Shown piece after piece: positions 1-13,639 of a DNA stretch of 64,000 bases (position 1 is its first letter; each line of letters opens with the position of its first letter). The stretch comes from Octopus sinensis (taxonomy: Eukaryota). A program made the translations under genes and the position numbers. The stretch lies in the NCBI RefSeq assembly GCF_006345805.1, contig NC_042999.1:75392001-75456000 (forward strand). The letters run 5' to 3'. The notes beneath the pieces are model-generated. The model did not search any database and had not been told where the DNA came from. It saw only the letters and a list, made by a program, of their open reading frames with translations.

Positions 1-193
1 AAGAAGCCCAGACTCACACGCATACCTCAACTTCTCCTCCTCCCACCCTAAACACACCAAGCTTTCCATCCCCTATTCCCAATTTCCCCGTCTACGCAGG
101 CTCTGTAGTGACGACCTTGACTTTGGGATTCAGTCTCAACTCATGGCTCATCCTACGTGTATGTATGTATATATATATGTATATATATATAAT

Positions 194-258
<65 letters not shown>

Positions 259-303
259 GTATTATATGTATATATATATATATATGTATATATATATGTA
301 TAT

Positions 304-364
<61 letters not shown>

Positions 365-369
365 ATTAT

Positions 370-439
<70 letters not shown>

Positions 440-443
<4 letters not shown>

Positions 444-945
444 TAGTGGTACAACAAAGCACCAATATTCACTGAAAATAGCAGTCGATACAATTACGAC
501 GCTATAATAAATCTTCAATGCGTATATACTGACAAAGACGTGTGAGTGCAACAAACATGAATAATTTGTCTTACCTCTTGGAAGAACATTCGATAACTGG
601 ACAGCCCAGAATCGGATAAGTCTTCATCAGCTGCATTTCCCTAGACAATGTTTCAAATGTTGCTACATCAACGCCAGTGTACTCGCGTGAACGCTTAGCT
701 GTTAACAGAACGAGAACAGTGAAAAAGTTTTCAATGAAAAATAAAATATTGCAAACAGATGTATTACTTTGCAGTAAAATAAAGCACCGTAAAGGTAGAA
801 GTATAAATATAGATTATTATAGCGTCGTAATTGTATCGACTGCTATTTCCAGTGAATATTGGTGCCTTGTTGTACCACTAATCTATATTTGTATTTATAC
901 TTCTACCTTTATTTTACTGGAAAGTAATACATTTGTATTGCATCT
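440..945. repeat. Nested inverted repeats (PLE-end-like rearrangement)
   Basis: 440-514 vs 811-884 are about 75-bp inverted copies (2 substitutions, 1 indel). 791-809 vs 892-910 is a perfect 19-bp inverted pair, extending imperfectly to about 745-810 / 886-945. Confidence 0.9.
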
Positions 946-1381
946 ATTGTTACGTCCCGTTTGTGTTACATTTTTTTCGTGCTTGTTTTACCCCTCTGCG
1001 AGGTTATTTTATTTTAATTCTCTCGCAGGAAGGCTTAGTATTGACGAGTCGTGTCCTGTCTTGCCTTCGAAACACGCTAAGTCTACTAGTGACAGCTGAT
1101 GAAGGGGATTTTTCCTTGTGTAGCATGTCATGTACCTCGTTTTTCTGTTGTAAATAATGTTTTTCCCGTTTTCGTTCTCGTCCTGTTCTACGTCTCTGTC
1201 TTTCTGTTGTAACAAAATGGCTTTTCCGTTTTCGTTTCTGTTGAGTTTTACGTCTTTTTGTGGTGTCCTGTACGTATATATATATTTATATATGCATGTA
1301 TATATACATGTAGATGTCGGTACGTACATATATGTTTGTATGTATGCATATATTTTATTTATTACACTATATATTTATATA

Positions 1382-1450
1382 TGCGCAGGAATGGCTGTGT
1401 GGTAAGTAACATGCTTACTGAAAGAAACTGAAAGAAGCCCGTCGTATATA
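1382..1450 (+). mobile_element. SINE family A, internally deleted
   Basis: gcgcaggaatggctgtgtggtaag...gaaactgaaagaagcccgtcgtatatatg: head and tail match 10378 and 51005. Confidence 0.65.
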
Positions 1451-1456
1451 TGTATG

Positions 1457-1539
<83 letters not shown>

Positions 1540-1567
1540 TATATATGTGTGTGTATGCGTGTGTATA

Positions 1568-1775
1568 CGTTTGTGTGTCTGTGTTTGTCCCCCAACATCA
1601 CTTGATAACCGATGCTGGTGTGTTTACGTCACCGTAACTTAGCGGTTCGACCAAAATAACCGATAGAATAAGTACTAGGCTTACAAAGAATAAGTCCTGG
1701 GGTCGATTTGCTCGACTAAAGACGGTGCTTCAGCATGGCCACAGTCAAATGACTGAAACAACTAAAAGAGTTAAA
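1568..1775 (-). mobile_element. SINE family C
   Basis: Matches 50757-50975 in reverse (cagtcatttgactg.ggcca...gagcaaatcga...gacttattctttgtaagcctagtacttattctatcgg). Confidence 0.8.
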
Positions 1776-1789
1776 ATATATATATATAT

Positions 1790-1952
1790 ACTGCGTGAAA
1801 GAAGTGACTCTTGATAAAGGCGCGAATGTTTCAAGGGTTTTTATTTCGGTAGTTAGGGGATATTCTTGATTCTGAAGCCTAATTAAGAAATCATTAATGG
1901 CTTGACGTTTATTTTTGATCTTACATTCACTGGCCGTACATCTATGTGACAT
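1790..1952 (-). mobile_element. Possible PLE RT-thumb fragment
   Basis: LIRLQNQEYPLTTEIKTL resembles PLE LKNTLIDRHYPAQLIEDGI of ORF 44092. Confidence 0.35.
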
Positions 1953-2394
1953 TTATTTTTCTACTTTCTTCTTGGTTCTCTTTATATGTTTCTTATGCTT
2001 TTATTCAATATTTGTTTTCTATTTTCGATTATTAAATTATAATTGATTCATCAGTTGTCAAACGTCACAATAGGACCCAAGAAAATCGGATTAAATCTGT
2101 TACTTGACATCTGTCTGCCACCCACAGCTTCTCTTCCCTATTGCTACACTTACGTACACACACGGCTTCTTCTGCCCTTCCCCGGTGAATAAAAGACATG
2201 AATGCGAAAACATGAATTTTATGTTGATGATCAACTATTAGCAAACCAAACACCTGGTGTCCGACTTTATTTGAACTTTAATTTAGAAAAAAATATATCG
2301 TTACTAAAGTTGCGAATGCTATATGACAAGAGATAATTTCTCCATAAACTAAGACTACAGACTAGTCTCAATCTCTGGTGTAAGTGTACAGTTA

Positions 2395-2515
2395 AAAAGT
2401 TCACGTCGCAGCCACGCGACAACTGTGGTAACTTCTACGATAGTAACGGATTAACCAATATTTTGTGAGTAGAAATTGATAGACGGAAAATAGTCGTGAA
2501 CCCGTCATATATATC
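2395..2515 (+). mobile_element. Short interspersed repeat with a family-A-like tail
   Basis: ttcacgtcgcagccacgcgacaact...ggattaaccaatattttgtgagtagaaa recurs inverted at 10829-10940. Confidence 0.7.
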
Positions 2516-3796
2516 TAAGTATGCGTGTGTGTGTGAGTGTATATATATATATTATATATATATATATATATATTGAATATTTTATATTCAATATTTTATA
2601 TGGTTTGAGAAAGATTTTACAGTTGCTTGTAGCAGTTCGAACATGGTTCGCTGTGCAGCCTGCATCATATAAAATGAACCGTTTTGTGCTCTTTGTAGTT
2701 TGCTGTTATTTATTGGCAAATATTGAAGTCCCATGCACGACTAGCAGAATTTATGCTGGTTCTAATACACCACCAGTACATTATTGTGGGGTATTTTTTT
2801 ATAACAATCACATGTAGAACGTGTATCTCTGATAGAAGAAGACAACAGAGGCGGTAGATTGTTGTTTAAATTTTTTTGTTTGTTTTCCGAACGGCGTCGA
2901 TATAACGCTTTCATCCTTCAAGGGCTGATAAAATAAATTCCATTCAAATATGCAAATTGATTCGATTGACTGTACCATTCAACTAAAAGTGTGATTTTTT
3001 TCTGCAAAAGTCTGCAAGTCTTTGTTGTTCTTGTAGTTTAGGTCAGTTCTTGTGGAATAGATCTATGGTCAAAGGCATTCAGTCGTGACCATCTCATATT
3101 TTTTCTATATGTTGGAGCTTAAGACTACATCATCCAATTGATTTTTAAAACTATGGGGTATGATTCGAGGGAATTTGGCTTGTATTTCTAGAAGTCAAAT
3201 GAGCAAATAGAATCTCTTTCCATGCCCCTTCTTTTGTCATTGTTGTTGTCGTTGTTACTGTAGTGCATTGTTGCTGCTATTCTTGTTTGCTATTACTACT
3301 ATTGATACTGTAATTGAGTTGGCTTTGCTTCTTTTGTTGCTGCTGCTGCCTTTTTATTAACATTGGTTTTACTGTTGTCACTATTGTTATTGTTCTTGCA
3401 AATGTTGAATACTATTTCTGCTGCTGCTTCTGCGGCTAGTGCTGGTGATAATGGTAGTGAGGATGGTGTCAATGTCAGGCTGCTTCCGGTCGTAAAACAA
3501 TTTCAAAACTCTGTAAAATCATCTAATTACATGAAGTTACAGTCCGATGTATGCATGCATAAGAAGCGTTAAATCTTCATTAGCCTCGACAACATTCTCC
3601 TTTCTAGTTTTGTTTTTGTTGTTTTAATATTATTTCCTACTTACTTTTTTGTTTAGAATTTATTTCATCGTACAGCTACAAATTGAGTTTTTCAGATTAA
3701 AATTTTTACCCAATTTTTAGACACAAATTATACACAGACACAGACACACACACACACATACATGAATATATATATATATATATATATAATGTATCT

Positions 3797-3890
<94 letters not shown>

Positions 3891-3894
<4 letters not shown>

Positions 3895-4134
3895 CCTTTT
3901 AAAGCCTAGCCAGGCCCATGGGCCCGTTTCGCGGTTTCTATGGCGTATGTGTTCCCCAGCTAGGCAGGACGCCAGACAATCGCAGCGTTACTCATTTTTG
4001 CCTGCTGAGTGGACTGAAGCAACGTGAAATGAAGTGTTTTGCTCAAGAACATAACGCGTCACCCAGACCAGGAATCGAAACCACAATCTTACGATCATAT
4101 GCTGATAGCCTAACCACTAAGCCACGCGCCTCCA

Positions 4135-4135
<1 letters not shown>
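3891..4135 (-). mobile_element. tRNA-derived SINE family D
   Basis: Head gtggaggcgcgtggcttagtggttagg (A box) ... ggtttcgattcc (B box). Confidence 0.8.
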
Positions 4136-4165
<30 letters not shown>

Positions 4166-4472
4166 TATATATATACATATATATATATATACCGAGAGGG
4201 AGAGAGAGAGAGAGAGAGTGGGAGAGAGAGAGAGTGGGAGAGAGAGAGAGAGTATTTCTTTATTCACCATAAGGTTGAGAAAAAGAGGGGACAAAACAAA
4301 CGTTGGGGTCAGGGTATCGAATGAGACAAAACATATGAATAAACAAACAATTAAAATATATACAATTAAATGAGAATGAGTGATTAACAAAAAATGAAGC
4401 GGAGGACGTAGTTGACCCCACAAACCACATACTCACACTGAAGACTTGCTTTATCCTTTTTTACATTCTCGA

Positions 4473-7400
4473 TTAAACAGGTTCTTTCACTCGCAACATA
4501 CTTGCTATAGACTTCCATCTTTTACGAAACACACTTTGCGACAGGCATTTCTTCTCCAGCCTTATTTTCCGTTTCATGTGGAAAACGAAAAAGTCGATTA
4601 GCCCGAGACTGGAGATAAATATACCTGTTGCAATTCCTTTTACTCTCGTCTTCCACACTACTTCTTTCGCCATAGCAACTACCGAGAGAAAACAGGCTCG
4701 CTCCTCCCTATTCAGGGAGGTCGGCGGAACTATCTTCATTACAGATTCGCTCGACAGTTGTACTCTTCTCGAATGCGACAGCAGGTGTTCGACATAAGCC
4801 CAGAGTTCAGTCACCTTGGGGCATTGCACAATCGCGTGCAGGACAGTTTCACTGTCCCTCTCACATCTTGCACAAACCGGTGAAGGTGCACACCCATGTC
4901 TAAAGAGCTTATCTCGAACCGGTAAAGCTCCTCTGTAACATTGCCATGCCAGGGACTTTTGGTAATTATCCATAGGCCCCGGACCGAATGTTCTTTGGAA
5001 CAGGCTGGCCAGTTGATTTTCGTCGAAGCCCAGGGTTTCTCCTAGGACGTCGTCACACTTAAACTCTACTAACCCTCTATAGAAGAACGCGGTAGTAGCC
5101 CCGCCACCGGCGTTGCCCGACTGGGAGAGAAGCACGAGTGCCTGATGGCACTCTGCATGCCACATGCCCAACCTCGGTCTACACTTGATCCATGGGTTCA
5201 GTTTGTTAAACGATGTGAACTGTGGAAATAACAGCTTGACGAACGGAGACCACACCTGCTCACCTTCCAAGTAAATCCATAGGTGCCTAAGCCTGCGCGC
5301 ATGTCTGCGCATTTTTAGCCACGGCATCCCTAACCCACCCTTCAGCGGCTTTTGGCTGCAAGTAGAGCGCTTTACAAGGGGTCTGCTGCCCCTCCACAAA
5401 AAGCGAAAGAACATGCGTTCCAGCTTGTTCAGCCACGAATCGGGGCAAAGGAACGACGGTCAGGCGGTAAGTGATTACAGAGGCGATAAACACCTCTGCA
5501 ACCTCCGCCCTCCTTTTCAATGACAGCTTCCGCTCAGACCATGTCTGAGTTTAGGAGCCCACCTTCTCGCCACCTCGCTACTCGCTCCGCTCTTGTTTCT
5601 TCTCTATCTGGAGATCTGGACCTAACCAGATTCCAAGCTTTTTTCACCGGTCCTTCCGTCCAACGTCCTACGACGCTGTCGGAAGACATCGACTTGCCCC
5701 TCCAGGTGTCGAGTTGCAAGCCGACCGATTTATCCCGGTTGACTTTCGCTCCTGCCACCGCTTCGTAGTCCCTTAAGGCCTCACCCACCCACTGTAGGTG
5801 CTCGACTCGGGAAACGATGACGGTGATGTCGTTCGCATACGCCGAAGCTGACTTTCCGCACCCTAGATCTTGCGGAGTGCCTCTCCTAGTTTCCAACCTC
5901 CTCAGCAACGGCTCGAGGGGCAAAAGGTAGAGAAGCGGGGAGAGAGGACACCCTTGACGTACCGAACGTTCAATGCTGAACGGCTCCGAAAAGAAACCTT
6001 TTGACCCGAACTACCGATTCGATGTTGCTGTATAAAGCGATGATCCATCCGCGGAAGGTCGGGCCGAAGCCAGCCGCCGCAAGGACCGCCGCCAGATACT
6101 GATGGTCCTCCCTATCAAACGTTTTCGATTGGTCCAAGTGGACCATAGCCCTACCCTTGCCAGGAATCCTATTTACCCTTTCTAAGGCATAGCGTAGAAA
6201 GTGGAGATTGTCGTGGATGGTCCTTCCAGGGATGGCGCAAGTTTGCGCCTCGCCAACAAGTTCACCCACGACCCGCGCCAACCTTTTTGCTAAGACCTTG
6301 GCCAAAATCTTCAACTTTGCGTTAAGCAGAGTGATGGGCCGAAAATTATCAATTAAATCCCCCTTGTTTGGGTCCTTTCTTAACAGCGCTACCACCCCTC
6401 GGCTCACAGACTTAGGAATTCTCCCGTTCTGCTGCCAGTTAGTGTACACGCATGCAAGTAGGTACCCAAACAAGTCTGGCATGCTACTATAGAGTTCGTA
6501 AGGCGATTTGTCCTCGCCGCAGTCTGCCAACATATCCTCGACTTCTTTGGCTGTGATCGGCGCCTCACAAGATTCTGCGTCCGGCCTCGATAGACGCGGC
6601 GAACCGGCTAGGAAGTCTGCGAGCTTCTCCCCGCGCTCCAGCTCGCCGCTCCTCCCAAATAGCTGGGCGAAATGATCGTGAAACACCTTGCACATCTCCT
6701 CGGGTTCGTTTACTAATCGACCATTTGGGCCCGTCAAGGATCGTATGGTTGAGTTGTTTGCCACGCTGGCCCTCTACCACCGGGCCCATCCGGCTGCGTT
6801 GATCCCTTCCCTTCCTGTCTCATTGCACGGATCTTAGCCTGACAATGCACCCTTCATGTTTAGCTTTTGAGATGTTGGTCGAGTGCTAACCTCGCCGCTA
6901 ACACTTTCGATGCACTGCCTGACCCTCATTGCCTCATCTATTGCCTTAACTAGTTCCTTTTCTACTTTGTTTCTACTTTTTTCTAGCACTAGCTAGTTTC
7001 TTTTTGCTAAACCTAATTGACTCAAATTTGATGACTCTTTTCAGGGCGTACCACCATTTTGTTGTTGATAACGGATCCGGTTTAACGCCCTCTCATTACT
7101 AATTGTTTAAATCCGATTCCTGTAGGCTTCACAGTCCCAATAGTGACTTGTTTAGCTTCCAGTAACCGGTACCACCACGTCGTCTACACATGCTATCTAT
7201 GTCGAGCGTACAGGTCACTAATTTGTGATTGCTGTAGCTGTAGTTGTGGAGAGCTAAGTATTTTCTTATCTTTCCTTCTAGTTATGATTCTATCAATGTA
7301 AGATCTGGACGACCCGTCGTTTCTTGCCCAGGTCCACGCTGGAGTGTCTGGGTGCTCCAGTCTGAATCTATCTGCCAATTCGAAACGACTTAGCATATCG

Positions 7401-7890
7401 TTGAGGTGAGGTAATCCCCTCCTATTCTTTCTCGAGCCAACATAATCTACGCGTGCATCGCAAATAATGTTGAAGTCACCTAGCATTCTCTACGCTTTTG
7501 AAATACTCTTTCTGCCGGCTTTTCCTTCGCAGGGAGCATAGACAGTGACCAACCAAACACTTTACCACTGCTGTGCGTCACAAACCAAAACACCAACCTG
7601 CCTTCCGGATCTATAAAGACAGTTTCTAATATCTCTAATCCAAATCCAGGTTTTTCCTGACCAGCCACACTGGCCGACTCCCCCGCCCCCCATCCAGGTC
7701 GACAGGGAGAAATGTATTTCTCGTAGCCGTTTAGAATGGGCGTAAAGCCTGCAGCCGCCCACTCAGTCTGGATTCGGTAATTACCACTACAATCCAACGA
7801 TGCGACCTAAGGTCCCTTAAGGAGGTAGCCTTGCTTCCAATACGACCCCAGGCACGAATATTTATACAACCGAGTTTAAACGAGAATGTG
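4473..7890 (-). pseudogene. Tx1-type ORF2 (APE endonuclease, reverse transcriptase, zinc finger), multiply frameshifted
   Basis: APE motifs FKLGCINIR, LVTVYAP, LGDFN, SYIDRI; RT motifs NFRPITLLNAKLKILAKVLAKRL, HLDQSKTFDR, SVRQGCPLSP, SAYANDITV (YADD decayed); C-terminal CARC...ETVLHAIVQC. Confidence 0.92.
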
Positions 7891-7949
7891 AAAAATTAGT
7901 CGAAAGTTTAAAACTTACTGTTTTAACGGAAGTAGTTTCACCCTCCTCT

Positions 7950-9483
7950 TTTCTGTCTGTGAGCGTTGTGTTTTGCGAGGTCATCTGTACAGATGGCTCG
8001 AAAAGTTCATCTGTAACGGTCCGACGTCCTCCGCAAAAGATTATTTTAGTTCAAAATAATCAGCGTTATCTATTGTATAAAATTTGACATTTTCTGAAAT
8101 AGTACAATTTATATCTGTTACGATATATTTTTTCACCGATTTCATTAAAATAATTTTTTCTCTTAATGGTTTATTGTTTTTATTTATCGCCGTGAAGGTG
8201 TTTCTTTTTTTTTGTTAGGCGATTGTGGAGGGATGTGTGTGTTTGTGGGTGTGTGTGTGTGCTTGTAGAAGCGTGGGTGTTTGTAGGTGTGTGTGTGCTT
8301 GTGGTAGGTGTGTGTGTGTGTTTGTGTGTGCTTTTTCCAGTGTGTGTTTTTTTGGCTCCGTGTGTGTTTGCGACTGTATTTGTGGGTGTGGGCGTGCTTG
8401 TCTGTCTCGGAGTATAGTCCTGTGTATCCGAAGAGGGTGGATTTTTCCGTTTCCGTCTTCTTTTGAAGGTTCCATGGTGACCCACTCCTGGATGCTGTTG
8501 TTGTTGTTGTTGTTTTCTCCCGTTGTCGACTGAACTTCGGCAATTGGGGTGCGCGACGTGGCTGCTATTTCTAGCGGTGTAGTTGTTGTTTTCGGCGTCG
8601 TGCTTGCCTCTGCAGCATTTTCTTTGGCTGTCTTCTTACAGCTCGACCTTATGTGGCCTTTCTTGCCACATTTATAACACCTAGGCTTTCTCCCCTCGAC
8701 TATTACCATCATGCTGGTATTATCTCTAATGGTGAGGGAGCTGGGCAATTTTTCCAAGTCCGAGGGGTTTGCTTGGATCACAAGCTCTAAGTCTTGTCCA
8801 TACCAGTTCATGTGGCGATATCTCTTAGACTGAAGAATGGCAATTTCTTCCTCTTTGCCTAAGAGAATCGCTGCTATGACAAAGTTCACATCTATTTCGG
8901 GAGGAATATCTGTGACCGTTATTTTCGATGTTCTCATTCCTAAATAAAATGGTAGAAGAACTACATCGTCCGACTTCAACATTTTTGTTGAATGTTCTCT
9001 AGCTTTTTCTTCGCTAGGGAAACGCACTTCTACCGTGCCGAAGCGACTACCCCTCGTTATATAACTAGTTTGTTGCCATATCGGCCTCAAACATTTTTCT
9101 ATGGCTTCCTTCGGCACGAAGTCAATTTTCCTATTTTTCACATTATATGACAGTTTTTCTCTCCGTCGCGCAAATTAATTCACTGGGAGGGAACAACTTC
9201 ACATTATCACCTTCTTTTTTTTTAATAAACTTTGGTACTTCTTTAATTCTTCCTTGTTTATAACTATATTATCACAGGGGCGAGTTGCTGCACTCGCAAA
9301 ATTTATTTTTGACTTTTCCTATTGTGTAGTAGCTTCGCTAGACATATTGTCATCTGCTTTTGTAACGGGCGCGTGAGACGTCTCTTTACTTTTACCTTCC
9401 TCCTTCCACATTTTCGCCTTCGTGCCTTCAAACAAATTTTCAACGTTTTCCTCCGACTCGGAGGAGATTGGTGGCAAATTCAT
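7950..9483 (-). pseudogene. Tx1-type ORF1 (gag-like), broken by a stop and frameshifts
   Basis: ATG at 9483 (MNLPPISS...), stop at 9319-9321, then KINFASAA motif. The ORF 8215-9141 segment carries CYKCGKKGHIRSSC (CX2CX4HX4C). The downstream boundary is approximate. Confidence 0.8.
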
Positions 9484-9640
9484 GTTTTTCGTCGCTTCCC
9501 CCTTGAAACAAGGGGGAAAGAACAGCAGAACTCTGCTGCAACAGCAGAAAAGAAGTGGCCTCGACGACCCAAACAGCAAATTTTCAAACTTTTCAGCACA
9601 AAAACAATCTTTCACTGCGGAGCAAAGAATAACACGACCG

Positions 9641-9748
<108 letters not shown>

Positions 9749-9766
9749 AAGCCGTATTGATATATA

Positions 9767-9979
9767 CGAGGAGGTACTGAAAAGTTCCTGGCTTTAAGGG
9801 TGTCGTGAAATGCCTGGTAGAAGGCCCAGCTTCCAAGTTCTTTTACGGGCTTAGAAAAACTGAAGGACCGCTGCAATGTGTGTGAATCTGAGAGGGAAAT
9901 ATGTTGAATAAAATCATGATTAATTGATCTACCAGTGATTTCTTTTACTCAAAAACAGGAACTTTTCATCACACATTCG
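9767..9979 (+). mobile_element. Mariner-derived MITE (213 bp)
   Basis: TA duplications at 9765-66 and 9980-81; imperfect TIRs CGAGGAGGTACTGAAAAGTTCCTG and CAGGAACTTTTCATCACACATTCG. The interior encodes a mariner C-terminal remnant (LEKLKDRCN; GKYVE*). Confidence 0.8.
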
Positions 9980-10124
9980 TATACATGTACATGCATACAG
10001 TTGGACTGTTTTCATTATTTTTTCCTGAGTGTTCTTATGTGTCTATGTTATATATAACTCTACTACTAGATAGATACACGCTCATGTATGCATGCATACA
10101 TACATACATACATACATACATACA

Positions 10125-10157
<33 letters not shown>

Positions 10158-10377
10158 GCATACCCACGCAAACACACATACATACACACATAAAGTACGA
10201 TTTCATTCTATTGGAAATCACGTGATATGGGAATTCGTGGTGGGGTGCATCATAAATAATTCTCGTCTGCAACGATCTGTATGCGTACTCTTATGCCTCA
10301 ATTGAGTATATGAAAAGATCTCTCAAGGCTAGTAACACAGCATTCGGTGTTTTAACAAAACACCCATGTTAAGTGAT

Positions 10378-10540
10378 ATAGGCATGGCTGTGTGGTAAGA
10401 AGCTTGCTCCCCAACTACATGGTTCTCAGTTCCACTGCATGGCACCTGGGGCAAGAGTCTTCTGCTCTGGCCCTGGGCGAAACAAAGCCTTGTGAGTGAA
10501 TTTGGTAGATGGAAACTGAAAGAGGCACGTAGTGTGTGTG
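10378..10540 (+). mobile_element. tRNA-derived SINE family A
   Basis: A-box-like tggctgtgtggtaag, B-box-like region, body gcacctggggcaag...gccttgtgagtgaatttggtagatggaaactgaaag. Confidence 0.8.
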
Positions 10541-10559
10541 TCGTTAGCCACTACACACA

Positions 10560-10940
<381 letters not shown>

Positions 10941-12007
10941 GAACGGCAGAAGTTCATTTGATACAGAGCAAAGAATATTTAAATGAGGCAGTGTATTAGA
11001 ACTTTTGTATTAGAACTTTCTAGAAACTACTGGCGCCAACGCTGACGTATGAAAGCTACTCATTGTAATGGACACTAATGTCAGCTTCCTGATATGACAA
11101 AGATGTCACAAGCTGCCGAAACTGTAAAAGAAACATAAAATCATTCTTACATTAACGGTCATGATCTCATTGATTACATTATTCCTGCGCGCTGTCTCTT
11201 CTCTTATGTCGTCTATATATCTGTCTGTTTGCCAGACTATCTGTCCGTAAGTCTGTATGTAAGCATGCATGTGTGTCCGTCTTCACATAGATTCATATGA
11301 TCTCATTGGTTTGGTTACATTATTGTAAAGCAAGGTACAACTCAGAGTAGTTGAAGTGGGCAGTCTCAGCACACAAAGCTCATTTATAGATTTATTTATA
11401 TTTATTTATAGGTATGTAAATATCTATATACATAATATGTGAGTCTCTCTCTGCGCGCATAAACACACATACGCGCGCGCATGCACTCGATGGATTTTTC
11501 CATTGAATTGACAAATGGCGTATACATGTAAACAAGAGAACAGTATACTTAATATATGTATGGAAATAATTATATATACATACTCCTTTAGTCTTTTGCT
11601 TTTTCTGACCTGACAGGCGTGGGTGTAAATACGTATATGCTATATATATGTACACACACACACACGTAACTATTTGGACTTTGAGTATATTTCTATTAGT
11701 ATGTCGATTAAAGCACGTTCACCGTTTGGGCTACCTGATGACATCCACAATTACGATATAATTTTCACTGGGTTTACGTCAGGAAATCCACCGAGAAAGA
11801 ACAACCTGCCAAGGAGGACACAGTATATCTAGTGAGATATCTATTTTTTAACATGAAGCACTTGAGGTGACACAGCCTGCACTAATTGATGTAGCACAAC
11901 TAGATACACAATATCTTACCCCTAAAGGATAGCTGCAGGATGGGGCTAAATGAAAGTCCTGCTGAATAAAGATTCGTATTAAATCCATCTTCCGTTTCCC
12001 TCATCAG

Positions 12008-12047
<40 letters not shown>

Positions 12048-12125
12048 ATATTTGTATATATATATATTATATATATTATGTGTATATATTACATGCATAT
12101 ATATATATACACATATACATATAAT

Positions 12126-12210
<85 letters not shown>

Positions 12211-12385
12211 TATATATATATTTGTATGTATGTATGCATATGTATATATATATAAGGAAAGAAATAAGAGGATCATAATAGCAAATGTATTGTACAATAT
12301 TATACAAAATAAGATTTTTTTTCTTCGAACCGCTGTTACTTTTCAAATGTTGTGTTTTTGTTTTTGAAAAAATATCCGAAAACTA

Positions 12386-13543
12386 AAATTGCAAGAGCTT
12401 AAGAACGTACTCAAAGACAGACACTACCCAATTCAAGTCATGAATGAAGGGATTAAACGTGCAAAATCGATTAACATAAGAACATTAAGAAAAGTCGAGC
12501 ACACTAACACACCTACTCTGAAAACACTACCTTATGTTTCCACATACAACCCCAGAAACAAAGAAGTGTTTATCATCATTATCCAAGATCTCTCAATCCT
12601 CCATAAGGACTTCAAATTCTATGTATCCATAAAATCATTAAAAGCAGTAAACAACCAAAGACATTAAAGAAGATTCCCATAAATGCTAAATTATTCTCAA
12701 GAATAACAGACGCAAGAGTAAAAAAATGTGGTTGTCCTAACTGTGGAATATCTCCCAATCTTCTGAGGAATCAGAACCCATTTTAGACAAGGGCAAAAAT
12801 TCAAAATTAAATCCAACTTCACATGCTCCTCTGAAAACCTCATTTATGTAATCAGATGCTCAGGCTGCCATAAAAACTTTATAAGGTCGACAGGAATGTC
12901 TATCAGACAACAGATATCGCTAGATATATCAGTGAACACATTGACAGATGTGTAGAACAACTGCAACCACAATTCCTAATCTTCCCATTATATCAATTTG
13001 CTATATGGACATCAGTATAAGTACAACTAAATAAAGAGGCCTCTTTTATTGAAAGATATAAGCCAGAATTAAATATAAATCTATATTGAAAATTAAAGAT
13101 TTACCCCATCTATTGAAGCATATAAGCCAGAACCAAATGTAAACTAATATTAAAAATTACAGTTTTACCTCCTCTTTACTGGAAAATACCTTGGTTACAA
13201 ATTACCCCTATCCCCCAACTAGCAAACAAAATTTTAAATTCAGAATTGCATCCAAAACTCAAAATCTGAAAAGCGATAGTGAAACCGGTTATTATGTTGG
13301 AAGTAAACGGAAAGAATACATTCAAAAGCACAAAATAAAATATTATGTAGTTTAGGACATCCACATACCTGAACTTCGGCTTTTGGATATATAATCCTCG
13401 AGCCTCTTTAGCGTGAACTACCTAGTAAAAATTCAAGACCGTCACGTTAAACACCCACAGTGCAACTGGTTTTTGTTTTGCACCAAAAACAGCATACGGT
13501 GAGTAGTAACATCCTATTTCATATTTTAGTGTTTGAATGTTTG

Positions 13544-13545
<2 letters not shown>
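12386..13545 (+). mobile_element. Decayed second copy of the same PLE family (3' part)
   Basis: QELKNVLKDRHYP...LPYVSTYNPRNKE matches 44580-44760. Cys linker and IYVIRCSGCH also recognisable. Flanked by (AT)n at about 12010-12250 and 13546-13636. Confidence 0.85.
13260..13296 (+). ncRNA. Decayed hammerhead motif homologous to 45528-45567
   Basis: caaaat|CTGAAAA|gc gata gt|GAAA|ccgg|TT|attatg; same position relative to the PLE ORF end and same ACCGGT palindrome. Confidence 0.55.

Positions 13546-13639
<94 letters not shown>

Noticed and set aside
108-465. ORFs of YI/IY, YLSI, HT/TH, ER/SL, poly-I/N/Y/L type here and throughout the window
   Set aside because: Translations of (AT)n, (GATA)n, (AC)n, (AG)n and (AAT)n microsatellites; no coding signal.
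11730-12010. CTGATGA motifs at about 11735 (plus) and about 12000 (minus)
   Set aside because: No stem II/III geometry compatible with a hammerhead.
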